Below, piece after piece: positions 49,373 to 62,136 of a DNA stretch of 64,000 nt. The notes below the pieces were generated by a model that saw nothing but the letters and a program-made list of their open reading frames with translations, was not told the origin of the DNA and made no database searches. The position numbers and the translations under genes are program-made. Each line of letters opens with the position of its first letter. Position 1 is the stretch's first letter. Origin of the DNA: Octopus bimaculoides (lineage: Eukaryota); NCBI RefSeq assembly GCF_001194135.2, contig NC_068986.1, forward strand, positions 43,238,350 through 43,302,349. Direction: 5' to 3'.

Positions 49373-51229
49373 AAAGCATCAGGTGTATAAATTTTCGTTG
49401 ATTATGGAATTTACAGGTAGGATAGAGCCACTGTTTTGGAATTCCTCTTTGAAGGATATCCCCATCCCATCTAGAAAGGAATATTAATTTTTCTATATGT
49501 GACAGTGGATTTTCATCGATGAGTTCATGAACCTTGGTTCTTTTCCCTATATCAAGTAGAAAACCTAGCAGCTTGTTTCATAGGCAGGTCATCGACAGTT
49601 AACATGGCACATCCACCAGTCCATCCTGGTTAACGACTTACTAGGAACCCAGACTACAAAATCAAAACATGCCAAACACGAATGAGCCTAACATAGCATC
49701 GATGACTACTTAGCAATAGAGTATCTGGCATAGAAATACTTGTGTGGTCAACGGGCGTGCTGTAGAACCACTTAGGGTGTGACGGTAGTATGCGTCATTA
49801 CCCTTCTTCAACTAGGGATGTGGAATCTGTCGTTTATACCTCACTAAGAGCTGTTGTACTAATATTTGGATAGCAAATAATAAATTTGCTGGTATGTGCA
49901 AAGCTTTCTCAAGCTAGAATTCATTAATTGACTGCACACTAAATAGCGATGATTTGAGCGTACAAATACATGTTAAATATAACTGTAAACGCAGCATCAT
50001 AACATTTAGGTGTGTTTTGATGCACATTGTGCATTCGAATAATTTAATTCTCGAAGCAATATCCGCATTGAGGTCATTCTGATTGTCTGTTGTTGTTTTT
50101 TTGTTCTTTTTTGTGTTGTATATTACTGAAGTCTTCATTAGCTTATGTTATGAGTTGTATAGAGCGTCGGCAGCATACCAGATGTGAGTGTATTTATCTT
50201 TCATGCCGTAACAAGCAACGCTGTTACGATGAACAGTTATATAGAATTATACGAACACTAATATTACAAATAGACACCAGTTAATACAGCTGATGTGAGT
50301 CGTTTAATTAACATATATTTATGTAGGGAATGTATAGAGTTAAATACCCGACGAACAGAATCTTCGATACGGTTTAAATTTCTGTTGAATGCTATTTCCT
50401 TTTATATTTATAGTGAATTCTTTTCAGTAAATCATGAACATACCATTTATCCTATCACTGCTTTAGAAAATATCAGAACAAATAATTGCTATATTGAAAA
50501 GCGATTTCATGAATAGTGGTTTTGTGATATGTGCTCGCTATGACTATATCCCTATGTAAGACTTTGAATTTTATATTATTTAAGCAAATATTTATTATAT
50601 TAAAACACTGGAGCAAACAATATTTGTGCTGTATTCAGTACTACTTAGGCAGTTTGTAATGATTCTCAGTGTGTCAATATTGACAATTCTGAAAATCTAT
50701 AACACACATTTGTTGAAGTTGTCTTTAAATAAATGTTAGTCTCATACGTCCGTTTTCTCAGTTTCGCTATCTATCTAAATATATTGCTGACACCAAAATA
50801 TAACTGAACTTCGTAAGGTGAACAGAATTGTTGATACTGTTCTTACCTTGACAAAAATATTAATTCAACACAATTAATACGAGGATTTTACGTTTATCAA
50901 TTCGTTTTGCAAGATTCCTGATATGAAATCCTGTGTAGAAACAGATATTGTTGTATTTCGGAATAGTCATATTTTTTCCCATTTTGTTTTATTATTTTAA
51001 CTCATGTCCATTAAAATAATAATATAAGAACAGTAATAAACTAGTGAAGAAAAAATATATAGTACGTATGTTTATTTGACAAAAAATGACCGTCCTGAAA
51101 TACAACAATATTAGGATTAATTAACACATTTAAGTTGAGAAAACGAACAAAACTGAAATTATATATAATTATATATAAAAGCTAGAAACAACATAAGAAA
51201 CAGTATCGTGCTCATAAATATGCATCAAA

Positions 51230-51430
51230 GTAGGGCGGAAGATTCATAGTATAGTTAGAACGTCAGTAAATGCTTTGCTGTATTATTGACTTCAAATCTC
51301 GCCAAGGTGAGCTTTGCATTTAATCCCTTCAGAATCGATAAATCAAAGTACAAGTCAAGTAATAGAGTCAATCAAGTTTACTAATCTCCATAAAACTGCT
51401 GACCTTGTGCCTAATGATAAGAAATTGTTA
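51230..51430 (+). mobile_element. SINE family 1, decayed
   Basis: GACTTCAAATCTCGCCAAGGTGAGCTTTGCATTTAATCCCTTCAGAATCGATAAATCAAAGTAC core. Confidence 0.6.
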
Positions 51431-51599
51431 TGTATCGGCGTAGTAAAGTCACTACACATTTCTCGTGACAACAGCAATATATTTAAGGACATATTACAAA
51501 ACAGTGCCCCAAAAGGCTTGGATTGTTTAGCAGTTGTTGCGTTCTGAGAATAAAACCAGTCGTTTTCTTTAACATAAATACCTGATACCCTGAGACTTG

Positions 51600-52240
51600 A
51601 GTGTCTTTACAGCAGTCCATTTCGCTGCAAGCATTCGGGTTAGGTCACCGATTAGAGAGTAACATCCTCCTTTCGTCCTTCCCATGAGTCTCGGGGACAC
51701 TGGTTAGATGCATAGACAGTACCTTCCTAACATGATCAACCTCTCTAATAGAACACAACTACTCGTTTTAGTCGAGAAAGCAGATGCGCTTTGTAGCAAG
51801 ACAAATCACTCCAAAGCTATTTGTCCCATGCAAATAAAAGGAAACTCCTCTCCCCGCTGCTACAGACATCTCTAATACAACAACAGCTTCAACAGAGGAG
51901 CAGAAGGAGAGATTCATTCAACATCTGAAGCAAGTGCCGGTACTACTCTGAAAAAAACACAATAACATCACCTGCACCATCGTAATTGAAAAGACCTCAC
52001 CCACCCAGTCAACCAGACCATTAGCTTAGAAATTCGCGAAAGTGTAGACATACGTCTTTCCCCATGTCATAGATTTCTCCGACTGTAAAATGTCGTTCAG
52101 CGAGAAAAAGTTTGGGAAATACCAACAGAATGGATCCAGGTCAAACAGAAAAAGAAATAAAATACAAAATGAAAAGTCCGGTACGAGACTAAAACAAAGA
52201 GAGTAGAGGCGGAGACACAGAAACCACAAATCTATCAGGC
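51600..52240 (+). mobile_element. LINE ORF1 remnant with CCHC zinc knuckle
   Basis: With one frameshift it reads CA(F)CSKTNHSKAICP (CX2CX4HX4C) at about 51784-51828, followed by a low-complexity linker. Confidence 0.45.
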
Positions 52241-52269
52241 ACCTAAACAAACACTCGACACCAACACAA

Positions 52270-52445
52270 GTACAAATATAGCTTTCAACCTCTGTTTTAA
52301 TTCCTCAATCACAACATTGATTCCCTTTCTCTTCACCGTATACTTCTTCTCTAGCTCTACATATTTCTCTCGCTGAACTTCATTTCTCTTTTTCCCCTCT
52401 AGAATATCAATATGCTTTCTGTTCTTGTTAATAGGCTGCATTTTT
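52270..52445 (-). mobile_element. R4/Dong internal fragment adjoining (TAA)n
   Basis: INKNRKHIDILEGKKRNEV..KYVELEKKYTVKRKGINVVIEELKQRLKA, the segment preceding the KAK..RY pre-RT motif seen at 38294. Confidence 0.7.
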
Positions 52446-52449
52446 TTTA

Positions 52450-52488
<39 letters not shown>

Positions 52489-52509
52489 GATGATGATGAT
52501 GATGAAGAT

Positions 52510-53030
52510 GGCGTTTGACTGAATCTTTAGCCCGCCTAGCAAAATGCTTAGTGTCATTTCTTATCTTCACGTTCTGAGTTCAAATTCTACCGAGGTCGAC
52601 TTTACCTGTCATCCTTTCGTGGTCTATGAAATAAATACCAGTCAAGTACTGGAGTCGATATTATCAACTCATCCCCTTCTCCAAAATTCAGTCTTTGTGT
52701 CTATAGTAGAAATGATTATTAATAATAATAGTAAGGCTGTGAGCCGAGCCCTTACGGCGTCGGATAAAATGCTCAGTAGCATTTCTTCCGGTAGTTTACG
52801 GTCTGAAATCTAATGCCACCGATATCTACTTTATCTCTTATCCTTTCCTGGTGGATAATATAAATACCATTCAAGTTCTGAGGTCAATGTAATTGACTGG
52901 CCTGTTCTCTTAAATCTGTTGACCGTTTTGACAAAATTATACAGAACTGTAAGTTGAATAATCGACTTACCCCTTCCATTAATATTGCTGGCCTTCTGCT
53001 AAAATTAGAAAGAACTATTATTATTATATA
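52510..53030 (+). mobile_element. two tandem SINE family 1 copies
   Basis: Heads at about 52510 and 52733, each followed by the CTTTACC..TCATCCTTTC core. A (TTA)(GAT) tract lies upstream. Confidence 0.8.
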
Positions 53031-53034
53031 TAAA

Positions 53035-53180
53035 CTTATTGCTCAGTTCCAGGCCCGGCTTCATGGAGCAAGACTATAATCGAAAGCGTTCCAGCCATGA
53101 CCATCCATCTTTTTTTCATGTGTCGTCCTAAAATAGCTGAGCATACGTTGAAGATTTGGCTACTAATTTCTGCAAACTTG
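53035..53180 (+). repeat. dispersed repeat (family 6); related copies at about 54955-55145 and 57100-57300
   Basis: Shared ATCGAAAGCGTTCCAGCCATGACCATC / ...TTGCTGCTATTTCTAGCAG motifs. Confidence 0.55.
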
Positions 53181-54046
53181 GCTGTATAGTGAAGTAGGTC
53201 GCTTCGGAAATATGCGGTTTCAAGAGCGATCCCATTATGGGATATTTTGAGCTTGTGTTACCTATCATAGTCTCAAGTGAACCAAAATCTTGTATGTAAA
53301 CTTAAATAGGTGGGAACTCTGTGGAAGCTCTGCGAGGTGATCGTTTCTGGTGATCGTTTCTGTTCATGAGTGATTGACTTAGTCAATCGCTTAGTTTGCT
53401 ACTACAACCTGGCATTTTGGTACCTTTATATGAGACCATTCTGTTGCAAGCATTCGGCTTTGATCTTCACTTTGATGATAAATCACCCATGTTTCCTCAC
53501 ACTTGTTTGGGTGGCCTTGAGACATGTTATAAGTGCTGTTTTTCCTCCTTTGACTGAATCAGGTAAAAACAAATTAACCTAGAGATTTCTGCATTAGCTC
53601 GTCTCGTACGTTTTGGGGGAGTGGGCTGAGAGAAGTATTAGAAAAAACGATAAAGTGTTCTACAATACCTAGTCTGTCTCTCCCCTTCTCTTTTTCCCAT
53701 CTCTCCCTCTCTCTCTCTCTCTAAACTAAATGCAACGTTACATGATTTGTCTTCGTTTTTTATCATTCTGATTTCCATAAAACATGTACTAATAATAACT
53801 TGAAGCATATTCTAGAGAGACACAGTACTTCAATAAATTTTCATCTTTCTGACAATTTATTGAATTATTGCTTATTAAAATATAGGAGGTTTGCATTTTA
53901 GCGATAGGACATAATGGAAATTGTACTTGCTTTTATGGTTTTAAGCAATTGCGAAACACATCTCTGATAGTACAGCAGCCAATTTCCTCATGCAACGTAC
54001 TATTTACATTCGTCCATGAGAACAAGTGAATTAGTTAGTGTGCGTG

Positions 54047-54074
54047 AATGCGTGTGTATGTGTGCGTTTGTGTA

Positions 54075-54156
<82 letters not shown>
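54047..54156. repeat. (GT)n microsatellite
   Basis: Direct reading. Confidence 0.95.
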
Positions 54157-54157
<1 letters not shown>

Positions 54158-55447
54158 CCTAATATAAAAATAAACATCGAAATAGTTTTTTAGTCTTAAA
54201 TATCTTTAAATTTGCATCCAGTACACTTCATCTCCAGAAAATTGGACATTTTCTGTCTTGATTTGATTTATCATACAGCATTAAAAAGAAGCAAGCAGGG
54301 AAACATATGCTCGCATACAGACATGCATCAATATTCACGCTAACATATACACAGATGAACAGACACAAATGCATCAATCTTTTATCATCGCTTTCTGGCC
54401 ATTTGCCAAACGTAATTCAGTTAACTTTGGAAGAAATCAGACAAAATGCGTTTTTACTCACCGACAGCAACAAAAACAACTGTTCATTTTCCTTACTTTC
54501 ATCAGAGTATCGCATCTGTCAGTTACAAATGTTCAATGTCCCACTGAAAGGATTAATTCTTCCATACTTATTATAATATAAACTCTTTCCAGACAAAATG
54601 TTTCAGAATTGATGAGATTCAACTCGTCCTTAAATTCATTTTGAAATTCTGGCTGTCTCATGGTTGACTAATCTTTGAGTAAATCATGAGAAAATTCCAA
54701 TTACTATCAGCTGAGAGTTATGCATTATACCGTCATTAACTCTCAGATAAATTGATTATAATAAATATAATTATGCTAATTCTGGCCTATTTTCGCACTA
54801 TTCCAGTTTAACGATCAGTAATGTTACAATGATTTTACGACATATTTATTGTTATTTCATAACAGGCTAGTAATAAACAGCAGTTAACTGCTCGTTAACA
54901 GCAGTTAATACAGCTTTTAGCCACTATTGATGAGCTTAAGTTCTTGTTATTTAACTCCCAAACGAATTGACTGGTGATTAAATGTTTTCCAGTAGTGACC
55001 ATCTAGTCTTTCTTTCGGATCTACTGTATCCATTAACTTATCATTTAATAAGTCCTTTTTTAACATAAGCGGGTAAGATCTGAGGGATATTTTGCTTCTA
55101 TTTCTAGCAGTTGGAGTAATCACATAGGGGATATCTCGTTGGCTCGAAGCAAAATGATTACGTGCAATACCTAAGGTATTTCGTTTCGTATAATTCTCTA
55201 ATTTTATACTCTAATCTTAATGTTCTTCTTTAAGGTCAGATTAACGATATATATTTTATTGTTCATTCAATAATAAACAGAAATCGATGCTCCCCTCATT
55301 GATGTTGCTATATTTTCTAAGCAGGTGATCTTAAAAATAAATGTATTTTATTTTCTTGGAAATTACCTGCCTATATCTGGAGATAATTTCTTTCCTTCTT
55401 GTTTAACTTAATGAACCTAAAGCAACCTTCATTGATTAAATTATCAT

Positions 55448-56500
55448 AAGGCGGCGAGCTGGCAGAAATATTAGCACGCCGGACAAAATGTTTAGCAGAA
55501 TTTCCTCCAGTTTTTCATTCTGAGTTCAAATTCCACAAAGAGCGTATTTGCCTTTCGTCATTTCGGACGATAAAATAAGTACCAGGTGAGGACTGAGGTC
55601 GATGTAAGTGATTAATTCCATAACCAAAAATCCAGCCTTTGTGAATATAGTAGAAAGAATGATTAAATTATCATTATTATTTGGAGGGCGAAAGGTGGTT
55701 CGTTGGCAGAACCGTTAAGGCATTAGATACTTAGCGATGGTATTTTTTCCAGTACTTTACGTTCAGAGTTCAAATCCCACTGAAGTTATATTTACCTTTC
55801 ATCCTTTCGGTGTCGATGAAATTAAGTCTTGATCATTGATATTGCGCACCCATCCTCTTCTTAGAATTTCTGACCCCATGCTTAATTCAGAAACAATCAT
55901 CATTATTATTCGGAAGACGAAGAGCAGAATTGCTAGAGCATCGGAAAGACAATTTTTCGTTCCGCTTGAGTTGATCAGATAAATTCTCAGTAAAGTACTG
56001 AGGTCCGTGGTATCGACTAACCCACTACCCCTCAAAATATTTGACCTTGTGCCCAAATCAGAATACCTTATTATTTGGAGGGAAGTAAACTGAGAGGAAA
56101 CCTTAGCGCTTCGAACAAAAACGCTATAGTATTTTGTTACAGCCGTATCCATCTGTGAGTTTAAGTCTAGGCGAGATCAAAAACACCTATTACCATTTGA
56201 GATAAAAATTTCCAGTAAGTACTTAGATGGATTTAATAACTATGTACCTGTCACCGTATTGAAACCTTCTACTAATATTCGAATTCTATATTATTTGAAA
56301 TGGGAAAGCGACAAATTGATAGAAACTTTAGAGCGTCTGATTAAATGTTGTACAACATTACGTTCTGCATTCAAACTCTTCTAGAGTCCACTTGTCCTTC
56401 ATCATTTCTGAGTCTATAAAATAAGTACCAATAAAGTACAGGGTGGATTATACTGCCTACACCTAACCCTCAAATTTTAGGTCTTGTCCCTACTTAAAAT
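55448..56500 (+). mobile_element. cluster of at least four nested or tandem SINE family 1 copies
   Basis: 15-bp TSDs TGATTAAATTATCAT (55433-47 / 55660-74) and TTATTATTTGGAGGG (55674-88 / 56068-82), with further decayed units to about 56500. Confidence 0.8.
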
Positions 56501-56555
56501 CAATGCTGTTTTATCTGGAGTGGTGAATTGTTAGAATATCAAACAACATTTTGAG

Positions 56556-56774
56556 ATAATATTTTCTACTACAGGCACAAAGCCTGACATTTGGGGAGAG
56601 GGGTTTAGTCGATTGCATCGACCCCAGTGCTTCACTGGTATTCAATATATCGACCCTGAAAGAATGAAAGGCAAAGTCGACCCCGGCGGCATTTGAACTC
56701 GGAACGTAAAGTCGCATGAAATACTGCTAATAATTTTGCCTGGCGTGCTAACAATTCTGCCGGCTCACCGCCTT
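56556..56774 (-). mobile_element. SINE family 1, well preserved
   Basis: Full head and core on the reverse strand, with TTTTGAGAT flanking both ends. Confidence 0.9.
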
Positions 56775-57744
56775 AAAACGTTTTGAGATTATGACGGAGA
56801 TCTTCACGGCCTTTATCGTTTTGTGTAAAAGTCCTACCGTAGATGACTGCTTTTCACGTTTCAAGGATCGACTGAAATAAAATATCGATTAAGTAATTGG
56901 TGTGATTGTATAATATATGCTACCCACCAAATGTGTGCTCTTGAAGTATGAGGAATTAATGATATTTGATGTCTTACAGTAAATCCCATGTCTGGTTTAT
57001 ACAAAAGTTATGTGTTTGTTCTAATTTCTTAAATATTTTCATACCGAAAGTTTCGTTAAAAATATTGTATAACAGCAGTTCTACATTTAGCCTAAGCTAA
57101 TTGTTGTGATTGTTGTTCAGTCCCCTAATCAGCTCCAGTTTAGCATACGTGTATCGAAAGCGCTGAATCTGAAGCAGACCATCATATTTTATCAGACAGG
57201 GTCCCTCCAGAACCACATCATCTTGTATGCTTACCCTCTGTTAATATGACAAATCATGACGTGCGTTATTTGGCTGCTATTTCTAGCAGTGGCTGCACAG
57301 ACGCGCTTGTTCTTGGTTAGTTTGAACTAAGATAATATTGAAGGCTTGTAAATGGTTGTGAAGAAGACGAACAAACTAGTGATATAAATGCGCTTCAGAA
57401 ATATTTGCTGTCTAGATGACAGCCTAAGTTAATCGGTAAAACGTAAATGTGACCGTTGTATTAATCCTACAAACGATGATAACGTGGAAAAGGAGTCTTA
57501 TACGGAATCACATTAGCTGCATTGCATACCACACGTGACAACATCCTTACAGGAAATTTTATTGATATAACTCTAAGCATTAACCATGTTTAAGAAATAT
57601 GTTTTATATGAGAAATAGCATTTTTTAAATGGCAATTAAGAAATAATGACATTTAGAGAATATTTTAGAAAATATTTGATTGTCTCACTAACAGCTCCTA
57701 ATTTTCTTAATGGGTTCGCAGATTAGTAGTAAAAGGATTAGTAA

Positions 57745-57930
57745 AGCTTTCTTCGCCTCTTTATAAGAGCTGATTTCGAACTAGGAAGAGGACAAACGGC
57801 TCCAATAGTAATACGCTATTTCTCAAACTCAATGAGATGGAATACAAATCTGATCTCGGCAGGTTTTGAAATCAGAGAGCGGAAATTAATAATGCATTCT
57901 ATCAAGCCCTCTAACGATCCCGCCAATTCA
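57745..57930 (-). mobile_element. SINE family 1, decayed
   Basis: GATGGAATACAAATCTGATCTCGGCAGGTTTTGAAATCAGA and CTAACGATCCCGCCAATTCAC. Confidence 0.6.
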
Positions 57931-58299
57931 CTTGTACAACTTTTTTCCTTTTAGGAAGGCAATATTTCTTCGCGTGTATCATATTTCATTTTCTTGCAAA
58001 TTTAGCTTCCATAGATTGACTAATCGGTAAGATACAACCCTGTGCAAGTAAAGGCAACACAATAATTTGCTCCATACAGTCATGGATAAAATGTATCTAA
58101 AATATTGAGGTCCCTACACACAGACTTTACACTGATCTCTCGTGACAATGAAGCTTTCACTACTTTAACAATACCGCTTCATAAAGGCTCGGCTCTCTCC
58201 CGAAATCTACCTAAACACCGGATATTTTTCTATTTTTTTAAGACCCTTAGATTGCTGTTATCTAACATCACATATATATAGTGAAGTAACAAGTCCTAG

Positions 58300-58495
58300 G
58301 CTGTTGCACTCACGGTCGCAAAATCGTGGGTTCAATTCCCTAACTATGTGGTGCGTTGTGCTCGTCGGCAAAACACTTAATTTCACGTTGTTCCAGTCCC
58401 CCTTTTTATCAAAGGGTAATGTTGGCCTGCTCACCCAGCCAGCGGGGTGGCGTCATTTGAAGGCTAAAACCTGGTCGGTCACGTGGTCACGTGGT
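58300..58495 (+). mobile_element. tRNA-derived SINE (family 5)
   Basis: TTGCACTCACGGTCGCAAAATCGTGGGTTCAATTCC head, AAAACACTTAATTTCACGTTGTTCCAGTCC core and (TCACGTGG)-repeat tail. Confidence 0.7.
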
Positions 58496-59012
58496 AATAC
58501 ATGGTGTCGTTTCTAGAGCTACTACAAGATCTCTTCCTCATCTGAATTACAAGGTTTTCATTAGCTACGCTCAAGGCCAGTTACGTAAGACCCCTATCAT
58601 TTTCTCATTCGTCATCATTACTACGTCTCACCTTACAGCGTCTTCTACATATAATTTGTCGAATCTGTTGTCTCTATAAACTGCGACCCTTGAATTTATT
58701 CTTTGTCAGAGTTTCCCCAGAAAAATCAATCAGTAGAATTGCAAACTAGACATGAACTTCAAAACAGCGCCAGTTTTGGAGAGTATCTATAAAGATTATA
58801 CACAGCGCATCGTTCTTAGACAAAATTTAAAAACTAAAAATAAACATCTATCATTTTCTTCATCTAGTTCGAGCTAATGAGCAGAGCTATTCTCGACTAA
58901 CAGGCTACGGCTGTTACCCTGTCATTGCTGCATCTATTGATATATTTCTCACTGATCAAATCTGTTTAGCAAGAAGTAGATGAAATACAAAGGTACAGTT
59001 CACTGCTGGAAG

Positions 59013-59260
<248 letters not shown>

Positions 59261-59349
59261 AGAACACTAAATATCTCAGAAGGGTCATATTACATTAGAA
59301 TGCTACGATCAAAGTTTTAATAGAATTAATGATTTTTTTATGGGTGGGG

Positions 59350-60200
59350 ATAATTTCTGCCAGAATGTTTTATAACAGATGCTCCACTCCAGATGAATAC
59401 TATGTATTTACATTATATGAAGTTCATCTTAATAAATTAGTCAAAGATGGAAGGAATTTTCCATGGTCATTGTCGGCCACCACGCATTGGCGAGATTGGT
59501 GTGGTTACTTTTCCATTTGTATGTTTGTAGGTCGATGCCTGTTGGAAGAATGTAAGAAATGATAATTTCAGAGAATGATTGTTGCACAGAAGGTATTCAG
59601 GTGTATGATAGACTAGATTGCCACATGGAACTGATAAGCAGTTGAGAGCTAGATCAGAGAAAGAAATATTTATTACTGATATTTTACCCCCAGATCATCC
59701 CTGACAAATGATTTACTCTCATGGTTTTTTTGTTTAAGGGGAAGATACACAGATCTGGTACGTGGTGTTTAGGGTGCATATGACTGACAAATTAAAATTG
59801 AGCCATGTAATGTTAAGTGGAAGATGGTGAAACCATCTGCAGAGAAGTTCGTTGTGTTAAAAATGACTATAGATAGGCTTTCAATGTACAGAAGAAATTG
59901 TGGAAATGATAACGAAAAGTTTGCTTTCACCAGAATTGAAAGAATCAGGGAGAAGAAATAGCCGAATAAACAAACGCTCCATTTCAGAAGTCTAACAGGA
60001 ACTTTCTATGTTAGAGCATTCTTATAATCTACACGGTCCAAAGTTTTACTGATAATAAATGCGATATCATTGCTTCTGATTAACTTTTCGAGAGCGAATG
60101 ACCATAAATGAATGTCAAAGAGGGCAACCACTTGACCAACATTTAAAGCTGGACTACTTTTAATGTGTGTTGATGGAAAGAAACTTCGAGGGGACGAATA
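59350..60200 (+). mobile_element. decayed RTE-clade endonuclease region
   Basis: Degenerate GDFNGHVG-like, G.RLLEFC-like (GRCLLEEC) and WKL....KF-like stretches in RTE order. Confidence 0.45.
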
Positions 60201-60851
60201 AGAAGATTATATTAACAAGTGTTACGTGAGCTTTTGAAATGAAATGGGAAATTATGTGAGTCCGATTGTAGAAAGCATTAGATAAGACATATTTGCAAGG
60301 GTAAAACACACTGCGACGTTATCTTTGTTAATAAAAATTAGGTTCCTCAGATGGAAACTAAGTCACTGACATAGACACCTGAGAGCTTACACCACTCATC
60401 ATAAAACATTAATGTAAAGATTTGTTATTACTAACGGCGCTCGTAAAGATTTTACAAGCATTTTATTATATATGCGTCACAAGATTTGCAATACTTTTCT
60501 AGTTGATTGTCTCGACTTACATTCGTCTGAAACCAGTTTTTGAAAATATGACTGATTATTAAAATGCTGAAGATAAATTTTCTGACTTCTTTCATAATGT
60601 AATGTATCAACTGGTTAAGTGTCTGTTTTATATGATAAATTGGAAATATTTTTTTCTAAGGCATAAAAGGTAAGATGAAAGTCATATAAAAAACAAATAT
60701 CCTAAAGAAATTGTTTGAAAATTATACGAATGAAGGATTTTGAACTAAACAGGCTATAAAAATTTTTTTAAATAAAATCATGCACTTTAAAGAAGTAAAA
60801 TCAAAAGTATTGGTCTGTTCAGCTCCAACATGCATACATACATACATGCAT

Positions 60852-61320
60852 ACATGAGCCAAGTTATCTTCGACGCCGCTGCCCCCAACTACAAAGAGGT
60901 ACTAGCATCGAGTGTTTTTAAGGACCGCATCTCCTACATATCTGGCCCTAGCACTCGGAAAAGAAGCTCCGCAGAAATGTTTTTTGGTTTGCTCCACCCT
61001 TCTCGTCCAATGTCAAAACTCGTATGGGAAAGATTTTCCTTGGATTTCACACACACGTAGATACAGGCATTTATTTAACAGACACAACCTAAAAGTCTTC
61101 TTTAGTTGTGCACCTAACATAAAACACATTTTAACAAGTACCCACAATACAAGAGAGGAGGCAGGTTGCTCTTGCAGAGTATATAATAACTGGCCGATGC
61201 AAGGCTGAAAAGCTCATATATGAGGCTACGGTGATACCTAGACCTGCTATCCATAATAACAGTAATGTACCATCCAACAGCAATATTAGCAGATTCATCA
61301 GATCTCACGCCAATACAATG
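60852..61320 (+). mobile_element. Penelope-like element fragment (RT thumb to linker)
   Basis: SQVIFDAAAPNYKEVLASSVFKDRISY, WFAPPFSSNVKTR.GKIF, RYRHLFNRHNLKVFFSCAPNIKHIL, GCSCRV.NNWPMQG, LIYEATV. Confidence 0.85.
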
Positions 61321-61371
61321 GCTATTGACACATTTTCTGTGCCCTGTCGGTATTTGCAAAGGGAAGTCATC

Positions 61372-61788
61372 CTTCCCATCGTCGATCTGACGTGATACGC
61401 GCGGACCCGAGTTTCTGGGTATTTACCCTTCGTCAGCGTACGACAATCACCGATCTACGATGCTAAGGGCTCCCGATGCAAATACATATATATCCTTTTT
61501 CCAGTGACGAAAAGTCACTGATATCGAAAACGTGTAATTAAGCAATGTTAAATCTCTGAACGAGGTATAAACAGTAACTGCACGACAACGTGAAGTATAT
61601 TTGCTACTTAAATGCAGCTAAACCCTAAGGGTGAATGTTACTGTTGATTTTAGCCCCAGGAGAACATCTCCAGCTGGCTATTGACACACTTTCTGTGCCC
61701 TGTCGGTATTTGCAAAGGGAAGTCATCATTCCAGAAATACCCAGAAATTCGGGTCCGTGCGTATAACGTTAGATCGACGATGGGAAGG
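61372..61788. mobile_element. inverted-repeat structure next to the Penelope fragment (pLTR-like or MITE-like)
   Basis: About 54 bp at 61371-61424 is inverted at 61735-61788, while about 50 bp at 61321-61371 is directly repeated at 61676-61726. Confidence 0.7.
61398..61442 (-). ncRNA. minimal type I hammerhead ribozyme-like motif
   Basis: The minus strand reads CGTACG-CTGACGA-A-GGGT(AAAT)ACCC-A-GAAAC-TCGG-GTC-CGCGCG: intact core, 4-bp stem II, GUC triplet and a stem I with one mismatch. Confidence 0.65.
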
Positions 61789-61909
61789 ATATATATATAC
61801 ATGTATGTGCATATAAGTGTGTGTATATTTATGTATATGTATATGTATATATATGAATATACATATGTATATATGTATACATTATATATATATATACATA
61901 TATACATAC

Positions 61910-61940
<31 letters not shown>

Positions 61941-62051
61941 TATATATATATATATANNNNNNNNNNNNNNNNNNNNNNNNNNNNNNNNNNNNNNNNNNNN
62001 NNNNNNNNNNNNNNNNNNNNNNNNNNNNNNNNNNNNNNNNNNNNNNNNNNN

Positions 62052-62134
<83 letters not shown>
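61789..62134. repeat. (TA)/(TATG)n and (GT)n tracts around a 95-N gap
   Basis: Direct reading. Confidence 0.95.

Positions 62135-62136
<2 letters not shown>

Noticed and set aside
50132-50183. Plus-strand exon candidate with a GTGAGT donor
   Set aside because: Two frames are open, there is no recognisable peptide and the acceptor is weak.
53900-53975. NGNCTCFYGF, an EGF-like fragment
   Set aside because: Only two cysteines, no following Cys and no good donor site.
58477-58494. Tandem E-boxes GGTCACGTGGTCACGTGG
   Set aside because: They sit at the 3' tail of a SINE and are best explained as its terminal repeat.
59534-59554. 21-nt AG/GTAAG-bounded microexon (GRCLLEE)
   Set aside because: It lies within decayed RTE endonuclease sequence (G.RLLEFC motif).
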